Source: Clostridia bacterium
GTDB taxonomy: Bacteria; Bacillota; Clostridia; Oscillospirales; CAG-272
Length of the DNA: 41,188 nucleotides
Reading direction: 5' to 3'
Assembly (NCBI GenBank): GCA_017508465.1
Contig: JAFVYW010000153.1
Location: 1 to 41,188, forward strand
The position numbers and the translations under genes are program-made. Of this stretch, positions 18,305-27,400 are shown piece after piece. The notes beneath the pieces were generated by a model, which made no database searches, was not told where the DNA came from, and saw only the letters and a program-made list of their open reading frames with translations. How positions within the stretch are numbered: position 1 is the first letter of the stretch; each line of letters begins with the position of its first letter.

Positions 18305-19855
18305 ATGAGGATAAAAATTCTTGCAGGCGAACATTGGTGGGGCTTCAACAGCATTCATGCGCCAATGCAACCGTTTGATGAAAATACAAAATATCAAGGT
18401 CACCTTTTCCTCGATGGTGGTAACCAATCCGCGCCTCTTCTCGTTTCCGACAAGGGCAGATATGTTTATGCGGAAAATGCATATATTCTTCACATGGAAG
18501 ACGGCTTTCTTTCTTTAGAGGGTGGCGAGGAGCCCGTCCTTTTTGAAGGCGGTAAAAATCTTCGCGATGCCTACCTGGCACTCTCGCGGAATTTCTTTGA
18601 CCGTACAGGAGCAGTACCACCTCTGAAGTTTTTTGAGACGGCACAGTATAACACCTGGATGGAGTTTACCTACAATCCTACACAGGAGAGCGTTCTTGCC
18701 TACGCGAAAAGCATTGTAGAAAGTGGTTATACCCCCGGCATTCTTATCATCGACGAAGGCTGGCATACAAGATACGGACTTTGGGAATTTGACCTGGCGA
18801 AATTCCCAGACCCCAAGGGTATGATAGACGAATTGCATTCTATGGGATTCACCGTCATGCTTTGGGTAGTTCCTATCGTTACGGCAGACGGACGCGGCTA
18901 TCTTGGCATAGATGGTGGCGCCTCTTATCTGAAACCAAAATGGGAGGAAAATCCTTTGCTCAAAACGGATGAGGGCAAGGTCGCTCTCGTACGATGGTGG
19001 AATGGTTATAGCGCGATCCTGAACTTCTGTTTACCCTCGGCAAAGGAATACCTCGGCGAAAAATTACGCTTTCTGATGGAAGAATATGGCGTTGACGGCT
19101 TTAAGTTCGACGGTGGTAGCCTGGATATGTATCGTGCGGATAATGTTCAGAATGGTACACAGAGCAGATACTCGGCAATAGAACTCAACAAGGCATGGAA
19201 CGAATTTGGCGAACAATTTGCGTTTCATGAATATAAAGACACCTATGACAGAGGTGGTAAATCGGTCATTCAGCGTATCCGCGATCGCGCTCACCGTTGG
19301 GATGGGGATGGGCTTTGTAGCCTGATTCCTTTTGCTCTTGTTGAAGGACTGATGGGATACACCTTCCTTTGCCCCGATATGATTGGTGGCGGAGAGTGGT
19401 CCTATACGGAAATGGGCATTCCGTGGGACGAAGAGCTTGTTGTCAGAATGGCAGAATGCTCCGCACTCTTCCCGATGATGCAGTTTTCGCTTGCCCCCTG
19501 GCGCATTCTCTCTGACGAGAACGCGCGCCTCTGCCTGGATCAGGCAAGGCTTCACGATGCCTTCGCGCCTCGTATTATTGAGGAAGTGAAGAAGAGCGCA
19601 CAGACAGGCGAGCCTATCCTTCGCCCCTTGGAATACAATTTCCCTGGAGCAGGATATGAATGCACTACCGATATGTTTATGTTCGGCGAGGACATCCTTG
19701 TAGCTCCCGTTCTTGAACAGGGCGTAAACACCAGAACCCTCACTCTCCCCTGTGGCAAATGGCTCTACCGTGGCGAAACCGAGTATACGGGTGGTACGGA
19801 AGTCACCGTTCCTGCGCCCCTCGGCACTTTGCCATATTTTGAGAAAGTTCAATAA
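18305..19855 (+). CDS. Glycoside hydrolase family 31 (MYORG/NET37-like branch; alpha-glycosidase)
   Basis: QYNTW, IIDEGW, KFPDPK.MID.LH..GF.VMLW, nucleophile GFKFDGG, acid/base PDMIGGG, PMMQFS and ILVAPV; ATG at 18305 after AAGGAG. Confidence 0.92.
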   Translation: MRIKILAGEHWWGFNSIHAPMQPFDENTKYQGHLFLDGGNQSAPLLVSDKGRYVYAENAYILHMEDGFLSLEGGEEPVLFEGGKNLRDAYLALSRNFFDRTGAVPPLKFFETAQYNTWMEFTYNPTQESVLAYAKSIVESGYTPGILIIDEGWHTRYGLWEFDLAKFPDPKGMIDELHSMGFTVMLWVVPIVTADGRGYLGIDGGASYLKPKWEENPLLKTDEGKVALVRWWNGYSAILNFCLPSAKEYLGEKLRFLMEEYGVDGFKFDGGSLDMYRADNVQNGTQSRYSAIELNKAWNEFGEQFAFHEYKDTYDRGGKSVIQRIRDRAHRWDGDGLCSLIPFALVEGLMGYTFLCPDMIGGGEWSYTEMGIPWDEELVVRMAECSALFPMMQFSLAPWRILSDENARLCLDQARLHDAFAPRIIEEVKKSAQTGEPILRPLEYNFPGAGYECTTDMFMFGEDILVAPVLEQGVNTRTLTLPCGKWLYRGETEYTGGTEVTVPAPLGTLPYFEKVQ

Positions 19856-19889
19856 TAAATGCAGTATTTCTGAACAATACTTTTCCTAT

Positions 19890-20031
19890 CAAGGCGGAGC
19901 CTTGTATATCATCTGTTCTGAAAGAACAGTATATCATCCGCAACTTGTTGCGGTATATCATCAATGCGGAGCATTGTATATCATCTGTTCTAAAAGAACA
20001 GTATATCATCAGTCCAAAGGACTGTATGCAT
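19890..20031. repeat. Array of six short hairpins separated by a constant TATATCAT linker
   Basis: Linkers at 19905, 19930, 19954, 19977 and 20002, with degenerate TATGCAT at 20025; each intervening 15-17 nt is a perfect stem-loop. Confidence 0.9.
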
Positions 20032-20172
20032 CCGCTGGGTTTTCGCCTACGGCGAATATACGCACACCCTGCGCCTGACAAGCGAGCTTGTCGATCTACG
20101 GGTGGCGTATGCGAACCAGTTCTCGCTTCGCTACGCTTGCGAGAAGCAGGTCCGAGACCGCTTCTCCGACAA
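20032..20172. other. Highly structured element ending in an inverted, degenerate copy of the tRNA-Tyr 3' end
   Basis: Nested stems (TTCGCC/GGCGAA, GACAAG/CTTGTC, CACCC/GGGTG, TTCTCGC/GCGAGAA); 20146-20172 on the plus strand resembles the tRNA T-arm and acceptor 3' strand. Confidence 0.6.
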
Positions 20173-20208
20173 AAAAAGAGACCCGACTAAAGTCAGGTCT
20201 CTTTTTTT
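20171..20208. terminator. Terminator immediately downstream of tRNA-Tyr (bidirectional shape)
   Basis: AAAAAAAGAGACC...GGTCTCTTTTTTT. Confidence 0.85.
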
Positions 20209-20292
20209 GGTGGGGGAAGCTGGATTCGGACCAGCGAAGTCAGTGACAACAGATTTACAGTCTGCCCCCTTTGGCCGCTCGGGAATTCCCCC
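20208..20292 (-). tRNA. tRNA-Tyr (GTA), 85 nt, long variable arm, encoded CCA
   Basis: Reverse complement GGGGGAATTCCCGAGCGGCCAAAGGGGGCAGACTGTAAATCTGTTGTCACTGACTTCGCTGGTCCGAATCCAGCTTCCCCCACCA folds as a cloverleaf with anticodon loop CTGTAAA. Confidence 0.97.
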
Positions 20293-20310
20293 ATTCACAA
20301 GTGCCTATAT

Positions 20311-20339
20311 AGTATAGCATATATTTTTTGATTTGTCAA
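20311..20339 (-). promoter_or_regulatory. tRNA promoter
   Basis: TTGACA(20339-20334)-17 bp-TATACT(20316-20311) with an AT-rich upstream tract. Confidence 0.8.
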
Positions 20340-20493
20340 ATGTTTTTTTCAAAAATATATAAAAAATTTTAAAAAAACAAAAAAGAGGATATTATGCTCG
20401 CCTTTTTCACTAAAAAACAAGAGAAGCCCTGCACCCAAAGACGAGCGCAAGGCTTCTGAATTGAACTCTGTGTGAGTTAATTGTGGTTTTGAA

Positions 20494-22344
20494 TTAGTCT
20501 TTTGTTTCTTCCGTAGGAACATCCTCTGCGGGAGCTTCTTCAACAGGAGCATCCTCTGCGGGAACTTCTTCAGCAGGAGCTTCTTCAGCAGGAGCATCCT
20601 CTGCGGGAACTTCTTCAGCAGGAGCTTCTTCAGCAGGAGCATCCTCTGCGGGAACTTCCTCTGCGGGAGCCTCCACAACTGCGTCTGCTTCAGGAGCAAT
20701 GCCAGCAACTAGAGCACGACGTGCTTCAAGGTCAGTCGTGATGGTTTCAAGGGTTTTCTTGTCTACATTATAAACAAAGGTGAGACCGATAAACATAAGG
20801 ATTGCACTGAACAGGTAGAGACCCGCAACAAGCCAGCACATATTCTTTGCGGTGGTGGGATCCTGACCGATTGTGCCAAGTTTTTCGTCGTAACCGAGCC
20901 ATCCCATAATGAGAATAACGGCCGCAGGACCGACACCTTGAGCGAGTTTTCTAAAGAAGGAGTGAATTGAGTAAACAACGCCTTCCTCACGTGTGCCGTA
21001 TTTCCATTCGTTGTAGTCGATAGCGTCACCCATCATAGCCCAGGATACGCAGGTGTAAACACCCATACCGACACCGAAGAACACAAGACCTACAATGTAA
21101 ACGATAAGACCGAGGTTTGCGTCGGGAATCATCGGGAAAACCATCATAATGAGAGCACCAAGAAGTGCGCCAGCGTTACCGACAACCGACGCTTCCTTCT
21201 TGCCCCATTTTTCAACAATCTTCTTGATGAAGGGAATGAAAATGAACATAGGAAGGAAACCGATAATCATAACTACGCCAGAAAGCGATGCCTTACCAAA
21301 GTAGGTAGCAAACATAATAGTGTTTGCGGTAGTCGCAGACTGCATTCCGAGGAACATACCCATAGCGGCGATGGTAGCGCCGACTGCAGGACGATTCGCT
21401 ATGAACTTACCGAAGGACTTGAAAATGTTGACCTTTTCTGTCTGCTCGTTTGTCTTTACTGTATTCTCATCTACACGGATGGTGATCTTTTTGATCATAA
21501 ACAGAAAGGCAATGAAGCCAAGCACACCCATAATCAATGCAGCGATAAATACACGCTCTCCAAGAAGAATTTCAACATCGCTACCAGTCGAGGGGTTAAG
21601 AACCTGATCACCGGGGGCATAAGGTTCACCTGTGAGGGGGTTTTTCATAAAGTCGTCAGCCTTGAAGCCGTCGGGAACGATAATCTTGTCGAGGAAACTC
21701 GTCGTACCATCGAACTTAACCTTTTGCCAGATAAGCATAGGAAGAATGATACCAGGAAGCATGTTGCCGAACATCGAGCCGATGGAACGCCAGGTAGAAA
21801 GTTCTGCCTGTTCACGCTTATCCTCGGTGACGAGGGGGAGCATCGAACCGTAAGGAACATTTGCGATGGTATAGCAAGCGTCCCAAATGACATAAGCGAG
21901 AACGAATACGGTCGACTTCAAAACAGAAGCGAACCATGCCTCACTCATACGGATAGATGTGGGCAAGGGAAGGAATACAAGTGCGCCAGCAACAAGCAGA
22001 CCGACAGCGCCAATCAGAATATAGGTTTTGAATTTACCCATCTTGTATTTGCGTTTGTCGTTGTCAATCATTGTGCCGAGCATGGGGTCGTTGATTGCGT
22101 CCCAAATTTGTGTGATAAGCACGAGAACAGAGAGAATCGTAGGGTTAAGCATCATGTAAACAAGCCAGAAGGTCTGTACCGTGCTTTTGAGTGCGAAACT
22201 CATGTTACAACCGAAGTCACCAGCGGCATAAGCGAGTTTATCTGCTATACCGAAAGGCTTGGTTTTGTCATTGGCGAACGAGGTAAAGAAACTTCTGACT
22301 TTACCAAAGAAACCGCCCTGACGGGTGTTTTGTGTGTTAGACAT
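20494..22344 (-). CDS. GPH-family (MelB/UidB-like) glycoside:cation symporter with a loop insertion and acidic repeat tail
   Basis: AYAAGDFGCN, WDAINDPMLG, GKFK.YIL, YTIANVPYGS, GDAIDYNEWKYG.REEG and FRKLAQG. Confidence 0.92.
   Translation of the reverse strand: MSNTQNTRQGGFFGKVRSFFTSFANDKTKPFGIADKLAYAAGDFGCNMSFALKSTVQTFWLVYMMLNPTILSVLVLITQIWDAINDPMLGTMIDNDKRKYKMGKFKTYILIGAVGLLVAGALVFLPLPTSIRMSEAWFASVLKSTVFVLAYVIWDACYTIANVPYGSMLPLVTEDKREQAELSTWRSIGSMFGNMLPGIILPMLIWQKVKFDGTTSFLDKIIVPDGFKADDFMKNPLTGEPYAPGDQVLNPSTGSDVEILLGERVFIAALIMGVLGFIAFLFMIKKITIRVDENTVKTNEQTEKVNIFKSFGKFIANRPAVGATIAAMGMFLGMQSATTANTIMFATYFGKASLSGVVMIIGFLPMFIFIPFIKKIVEKWGKKEASVVGNAGALLGALIMMVFPMIPDANLGLIVYIVGLVFFGVGMGVYTCVSWAMMGDAIDYNEWKYGTREEGVVYSIHSFFRKLAQGVGPAAVILIMGWLGYDEKLGTIGQDPTTAKNMCWLVAGLYLFSAILMFIGLTFVYNVDKKTLETITTDLEARRALVAGIAPEADAVVEAPAEEVPAEDAPAEEAPAEEVPAEDAPAEEAPAEEVPAEDAPVEEAPAEDVPTEETKD
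20506..20672 (-). repeat. Coding tandem repeat: 15-bp units in a 45-bp higher-order period, (A/V)PAE(E/D)n
   Basis: Repeated CTTCTTCAGCAGGAG and CATCCTCTGCGGGAA units; encodes APAEEVPAEDAPAEE repeats. Confidence 0.92.
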
Positions 22345-22526
22345 AAGGATTTCCTTTCAAAATATTTAATCCGTCAATATCATATCATATTTGTTTGTTT
22401 TTGTCAACCTGAAAAAAGCAAACAGTACACAATTGGTGAAAATTAACAAAAATGGGATAGTTTTATCAGCATAACTGCCAACAAAAAAGGTCTGTAACCA
22501 TGCAAAGTTTCAGACCTTTGAAAAAA

Positions 22527-23270
22527 CTATATCACAAAATTGTCGTTATCATTGACGATAAGGATTCTGTAAGGCAGTGTGCCCTTCAGCGCTTCGATCT
22601 TCGGGAATTTGGTGTCACACTTATTGACATGCCAGAACACGAGATTGTCGCATTGAATCTTGTCAAGGAACGGCATCTGTTCAATATCGAAATGCGCAAG
22701 CTCGGTGATTACCATGTCGAAATGCTTCTCGAAGCATACCTTCGGGAAATCGTCGTGACGAAGTCCGTGCGACATATCGCCTGTAATCAGGAGACGTTTT
22801 CCTTCTGCCTCAATCATAAAACTATATGTGGGGTGGTTGTACTGGAGAAGATGTTTTGTCGGAATGGCACTGACACGGATAGTACCATCGTCATAATTCA
22901 GAGTCTCGTCAAAAACAATAGCATGAAGTCGCTCTTCATCCAAAGGTGTATCACTTGTGCCGGCGTGGTAAGCAAGCAAACCGTCCCAGAATCTGCGTTC
23001 TGGTATATAAAAGTTTACATTTGTTTCTCTGAAATACCAGGAACAAAGGTTCGCGAGCGAGAAAAGGCAACCTGTGTGGTCGCTATGTACATGGGTGATA
23101 AAGACCGCCTTTAAATCGTTCATACTATGGCCGCTCGCAAGAATGCCTTCCACCACGGGCGCGCCACAGTCGAAGATATAAACATTTTCACCGACCTCGA
23201 GCATCGCGCACGAACAATGTCTGTCAGGCGCAGGAACACCATGACTTGTTCCTAAAAAGGTAAGTTTCAT
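22527..23270 (-). CDS. Metallo-beta-lactamase-fold hydrolase, RNase Z/BN-like
   Basis: MKLTFLGTSHGVP, FDCG, THVHSDH, TKH, TGD and ELAH; ends in TAG. Confidence 0.85.
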   Translation of the reverse strand: MKLTFLGTSHGVPAPDRHCSCAMLEVGENVYIFDCGAPVVEGILASGHSMNDLKAVFITHVHSDHTGCLFSLANLCSWYFRETNVNFYIPERRFWDGLLAYHAGTSDTPLDEERLHAIVFDETLNYDDGTIRVSAIPTKHLLQYNHPTYSFMIEAEGKRLLITGDMSHGLRHDDFPKVCFEKHFDMVITELAHFDIEQMPFLDKIQCDNLVFWHVNKCDTKFPKIEALKGTLPYRILIVNDNDNFVI

Positions 23271-23293
23271 ATCTGCCTCCGGTTTTTTTCTTT

Positions 23294-23378
23294 AGTATAG
23301 CACAATCGTGGAAAAATGCAAGGGCTTTTCACAAAAAAATTCTTTTCTCTTGCCATTTTATCAGAAATATGTTATACT
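23294..23378. promoter_or_regulatory. Divergent sigma-A promoters
   Basis: Minus strand TTGCAT-16 bp-TATACT (23321-23294); plus strand TTGCCA(23350-23355)-17 bp-TATACT(23373-23378). Confidence 0.65.
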
Positions 23379-23405
23379 ATTGGCATCAAATCAAACGAGG
23401 TGCTT

Positions 23406-24371
23406 ATGAAAAAACTTGCTCGTCTCCTTGTCATCTTCCTCTTCCTGTCCTCCTGTGGCTTTCCCGAGATTGCCCCCGGACCGCTTGACGGCGAGGAGTT
23501 TGACTATGACTATTATGCCATCAACATGAATACCGACTTCCCGATGAAAGACACCTTGCCACCTGGAGAAGGGAAAACAGCGCGCGTCATTTTTCTCATA
23601 GGACAATCGAACGCGACAGGATGCTCCCTGACATCTTATCTGAAACAATCGGTCGGCGAGGAAAAATATGCCGAGTTCGAGAGGGGATATGACAATGTGA
23701 AAATTCACTTTTTCCTCGATAATGGAAAATATAACTCTGACGGCGAGTTCCTTCCCGTCACTCTCAACCAAGGTGCAGGGGAAGGCTGCTTCGGCCCTGA
23801 ACTTGGCATGGCAGAGGTTCTTTCCGGCGCATTTCCCGACGAAACCGTCTTTCTCCTGAAGTTCACGATGTCGGGCTATTCACTCAATCACCATTGGCTT
23901 TACGGTTACGAACGCGCATCGATTTACAACGCCTTTCGCGCTTATGCAACTACCGCGCTCTCCTTCCTCGCGGAAAATGGCTACACGCCCTCGGTCGATG
24001 CCGTCTGCTGGATGCAGGGCGAGTCTGACACCACCGAGTATAAGGCATCACGCTACCTCGAAAACACCAAGCGTTTTGTCTCCTACCTGCGTGAGGATCT
24101 CGCCGCTTATGCAAACCCCAGAGGGATTTACTTTATCGATGCCGGCATTTCCTCCAGCCCCTATTGCGAGCCCGCCTACCCTGAAATCAACGAGGCGAAA
24201 AAAACCTTTTCCACCCTTTCACCTCTCAATGTTTATTTCCCGACCATCGAAAAGGGACTGACTACCCTGTACGAACCTGTCGGAGCGCCTGACCTCGGTC
24301 ACTATGATGCATGGTGTGAGCTTGAACTTGGACGCCTTTTCGGTCAGGAAATTGTAAAAATATACACTTAA
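23406..24371 (+). CDS. SASA-domain (sialate O-acetylesterase/CE6-like) lipoprotein
   Basis: Lipobox LSSC; GQSNA, FGPE, WMQGESD and DLGH; start moved to the ATG at 23406 after GAGG. Confidence 0.88.
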   Translation: MKKLARLLVIFLFLSSCGFPEIAPGPLDGEEFDYDYYAINMNTDFPMKDTLPPGEGKTARVIFLIGQSNATGCSLTSYLKQSVGEEKYAEFERGYDNVKIHFFLDNGKYNSDGEFLPVTLNQGAGEGCFGPELGMAEVLSGAFPDETVFLLKFTMSGYSLNHHWLYGYERASIYNAFRAYATTALSFLAENGYTPSVDAVCWMQGESDTTEYKASRYLENTKRFVSYLREDLAAYANPRGIYFIDAGISSSPYCEPAYPEINEAKKTFSTLSPLNVYFPTIEKGLTTLYEPVGAPDLGHYDAWCELELGRLFGQEIVKIYT

Positions 24372-24387
24372 GTTTACATAATATATG

Positions 24388-24434
24388 AAAAGCACCTGTG
24401 ATAGCGGAAAACCGTTTTTCACAGGTGCTTTTTT
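24388..24434. terminator. Bidirectional terminator
   Basis: AAAAGCACCTGTGA...TCACAGGTGCTTTT. Confidence 0.85.
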
Positions 24435-24443
24435 ATTTGGAAA

Positions 24444-27400
24444 TCAGAAGAGTGCGTTTACACTCTCAACATAGGCACCCAGGCGCTCGATAAGAGAGGC
24501 GAGAGGTGCATCATTTTCCTTCGCGTAGTCATAATAAGCGCGAAGATTGAACGCGCCGCTCTTGTCGCCTATGGTATAGGTGACGGTTTCATAGAGCGTG
24601 TCGGGGGAGTGTTTGAGAATGAAGTATGTTTTGCCGTCGGAGACCTTCGTCTCGAAGGAGACTACCTCGTCGCCAATACGGAAGGTGGGCGTCGCATCTT
24701 CCATACCATCGGCAAGAACGAAGTAGAAGGTAGGACGCTCCGCAAGGCAAAGGCCTGCGCCCTGCATGCCACTATCCTTCGTTAAAGCGACAGAGGAAAG
24801 AGAGGTAAGCGTTTCTGGTGCATTCTTCGCGTTGTAATCTTCGCCAAGCACCTGATTGCGTACGGCTGCCGCGGCATTCGCCACGCGTGTATTTTCGTAG
24901 AAATACTTCGCGCTCTCGGCAAGATAAGAAATCATATTTGCGGCGAGCGCCTTTTCTTCCTCGCTTGCGCCATTCTTGTAGAACTGCTCGAGGTATCTCT
25001 GAATATTGATTTCATAAGTGCGTACCGAGCCGTCGGCGAGAACAATCTCGATGTGCTGATTTACAAATGCATCTTTTGCTACGGTGTCAAGCGTAAAGAT
25101 CTTGTAGCTTGTCGCGCCAGAAGCGTAGTCACGAAGTGTGTCAAAGGCAAATACCTTTTCGCCAACCTTGATGGATGTGATGCCCTTATCCTTTGCCAGA
25201 TAGAGATTATAGGAAAGTGAGTTTGCAATCACAATATTGTGAGAGACAATCACGCCTTCGTAAGCATAGGTGGGTGTTGTGGGAATGTAGAGATTGAGTA
25301 CAGGCGTGTCAAGATTTGCGACGCGAGGGGAAGTAATCTCGAGGCTCGAGAGGGTAAAGCCTGCGCCGCTTGCCGTGATGGTAATTGTGCTGACCTTGGT
25401 ATCGGCATCGGGGGTGAAGGTATAGGTAATCTTGTTGTCGACAGGGGTGACGGTCTTTTCGAATGCAGTGCCGTCTACCTTGATGGTGTAGGTCTTTGTG
25501 CCGTCAGATACGATAGCGCTCACACAGATAGGAGCATACTTCGGCAGGACACCTTCGCCATTTGCGAATGCGCCCGAGAAGGTTACCTTCGTGCCTTGCA
25601 CATTCAGTTTGCCATCGGTGAGAGCAACCTCACCGTCCGAGGTAACGCTTTCCATCAGCGCATCGCCTGTCAGGGCAAAGTTAAGATTGAGATAAGCGAG
25701 AGAGCCATCCTCTGCAACGACTACAAAGATGACCTTCTTGCCGAGGTTTTCGCGGATAAAGGTAGCAAGCTCGACCGTAGCATCACCCTTTTCATCGAAG
25801 GCGAAGTCAGCGAGAGGTGCTGCGCCATAGACCTGTTCGAGAAGCATTCCTGCGCCCTGTGCATTGGCAGGTGCATTCAGGAAGGTGAGTGTTTCGGGGA
25901 AGGCGAGACCGGAAAGTCCATACAGACGGAAGGTCTGTCCCTGGTGTTCGTTTGCATGAAGGGAAAGAGTTGCACCATGAATGTTCGTAATCGTCGAAAG
26001 ATCATATTCGAAATACGCCTTCTGTGCGCCCTCTTCGTTTTCGGGAGAGGAAACAACGAGGTTATCGCTGGACATCGTGCCCGAAGTGACAGAATTGCTC
26101 TTTCTTGCACCGATAAGCTCACCATTGTCGTCAATCGCGTTGCGATAGCATACGGCATTGTCAATAAACATAGCTACCTCGACCGAGCCGTCTGACTGAA
26201 CGCCGAAGTTCGAGAAGCGGAAACGGAAACCGAAGCCCTCGTTGCTCGTTCCCGAGTTGATATCGTCGACAAGTGCCTGGTTTACAGTAAATGTGCATGC
26301 ATATGTGGTCCATTTTCCTACATCGTCTGCTTCAATCACGCAAGCCTGTGCCGCGGGCATGCCGCTGATGGCGGAAGCATTGTGCGACTTTTTCGCGATA
26401 TCGACATTCAGCGTACCTGTTCCCATGGATTTCAGACGGAAAATGAAGGTGTATGTGTCACCGATATTCTCTTCTGTGATATTGGCGGTATCGATAAGAC
26501 CTGTGAGGAAGAAGCGGTTGTAGCTCTTGTTGTGAAGGACACGAAGAGAACCGCTGCCGCCTGGGTTGAGGTTTTCAAGGGTAGAATATGCGACACGGTA
26601 AAGCTTTGTGCCATTGGCATCCGTAAAGCTTTCAAATCCGTTGGCGAGTGCCTTGTTTGCCAATGCACCGCTGTCAAAGTTGTTTTCTGTACGGGAAACG
26701 GGACGGAATGTGTTTTCGCTCTCCTGTACCGAGTAATATCTCATATCGTCCACATACATTGTGGTATTCGCAAGCCCCTGGATACAGAAGTGGATAGGAC
26801 GCGCGTCACTTGTAATCTTGGAAACGCGATTGCCGACCATCTCCGAGGTGACCTCGAAGGTGTAATTGACAGTTGTCCATGTGTTTGCCTGTACATTCGT
26901 AATTATTTGCGCTTGAGCCACTTTGTTCGCTGCCGAACCATCGGATGTGCCTGCCGCCACCGTGGAAAGACCGACACGGAAGCCCGCGGTGGGAACGCTC
27001 GTCAGATAGAGTTTGAAGGAGACATGGAATTTCTTCCCGACATCTGCCGTGGTAAATGCACGCTCTGGGCTTTCAATGAGTTTAAGGAACTTATAAACAT
27101 TGTAGTTGCCCGAGGGAACTACGATCTTCATGCTGTTTCCGCTTACAGCGATGCTACTGTCTGCCGTCAGACCGTCATTTTCCATTTCCTCATGCTTCGC
27201 GTACGAACCCTGCATGTAGATGTCTTGCGTGTCATACACATTTTCAGCACGGCGTGTCGCCATGGTGAATGCCTCTTCGTTGAAGTCGAGGAAATTGATT
27301 GTCGTCTCGAGGGATGTGCTGTCTGCTTTCACCTGGAATGCGATTTCACCGGAGGTCTTTTCGGTGTCCGCCACAACAGCAAGGACAAGCGTATCCTTTC

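Noticed and set aside
19890-20031. CRISPR array
   Set aside because: The constant unit is only 8-10 nt, the variable units are 15-17-nt palindromes that partly repeat each other, and there are no cas genes in the window.
20146-20292. Prophage or genomic-island att site at tRNA-Tyr
   Set aside because: The tRNA-end duplicate is inverted and only about 35 bp away; no integrase and no direct repeat were found elsewhere in the window.
19752-20317. Short ORFs across the hairpin array and tRNA
   Set aside because: Their repeated YII/MIY peptides simply translate the TATATCAT linker; they overlap the tRNA or GH31 end and lack a convincing RBS.
20349-20708. 119-aa ORF with KKLLLKKFPQRMLLL repeats resembling a cationic peptide
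   Set aside because: Alternative reading frame of the transporter's 15-bp tandem repeat; no separate RBS or promoter seen.
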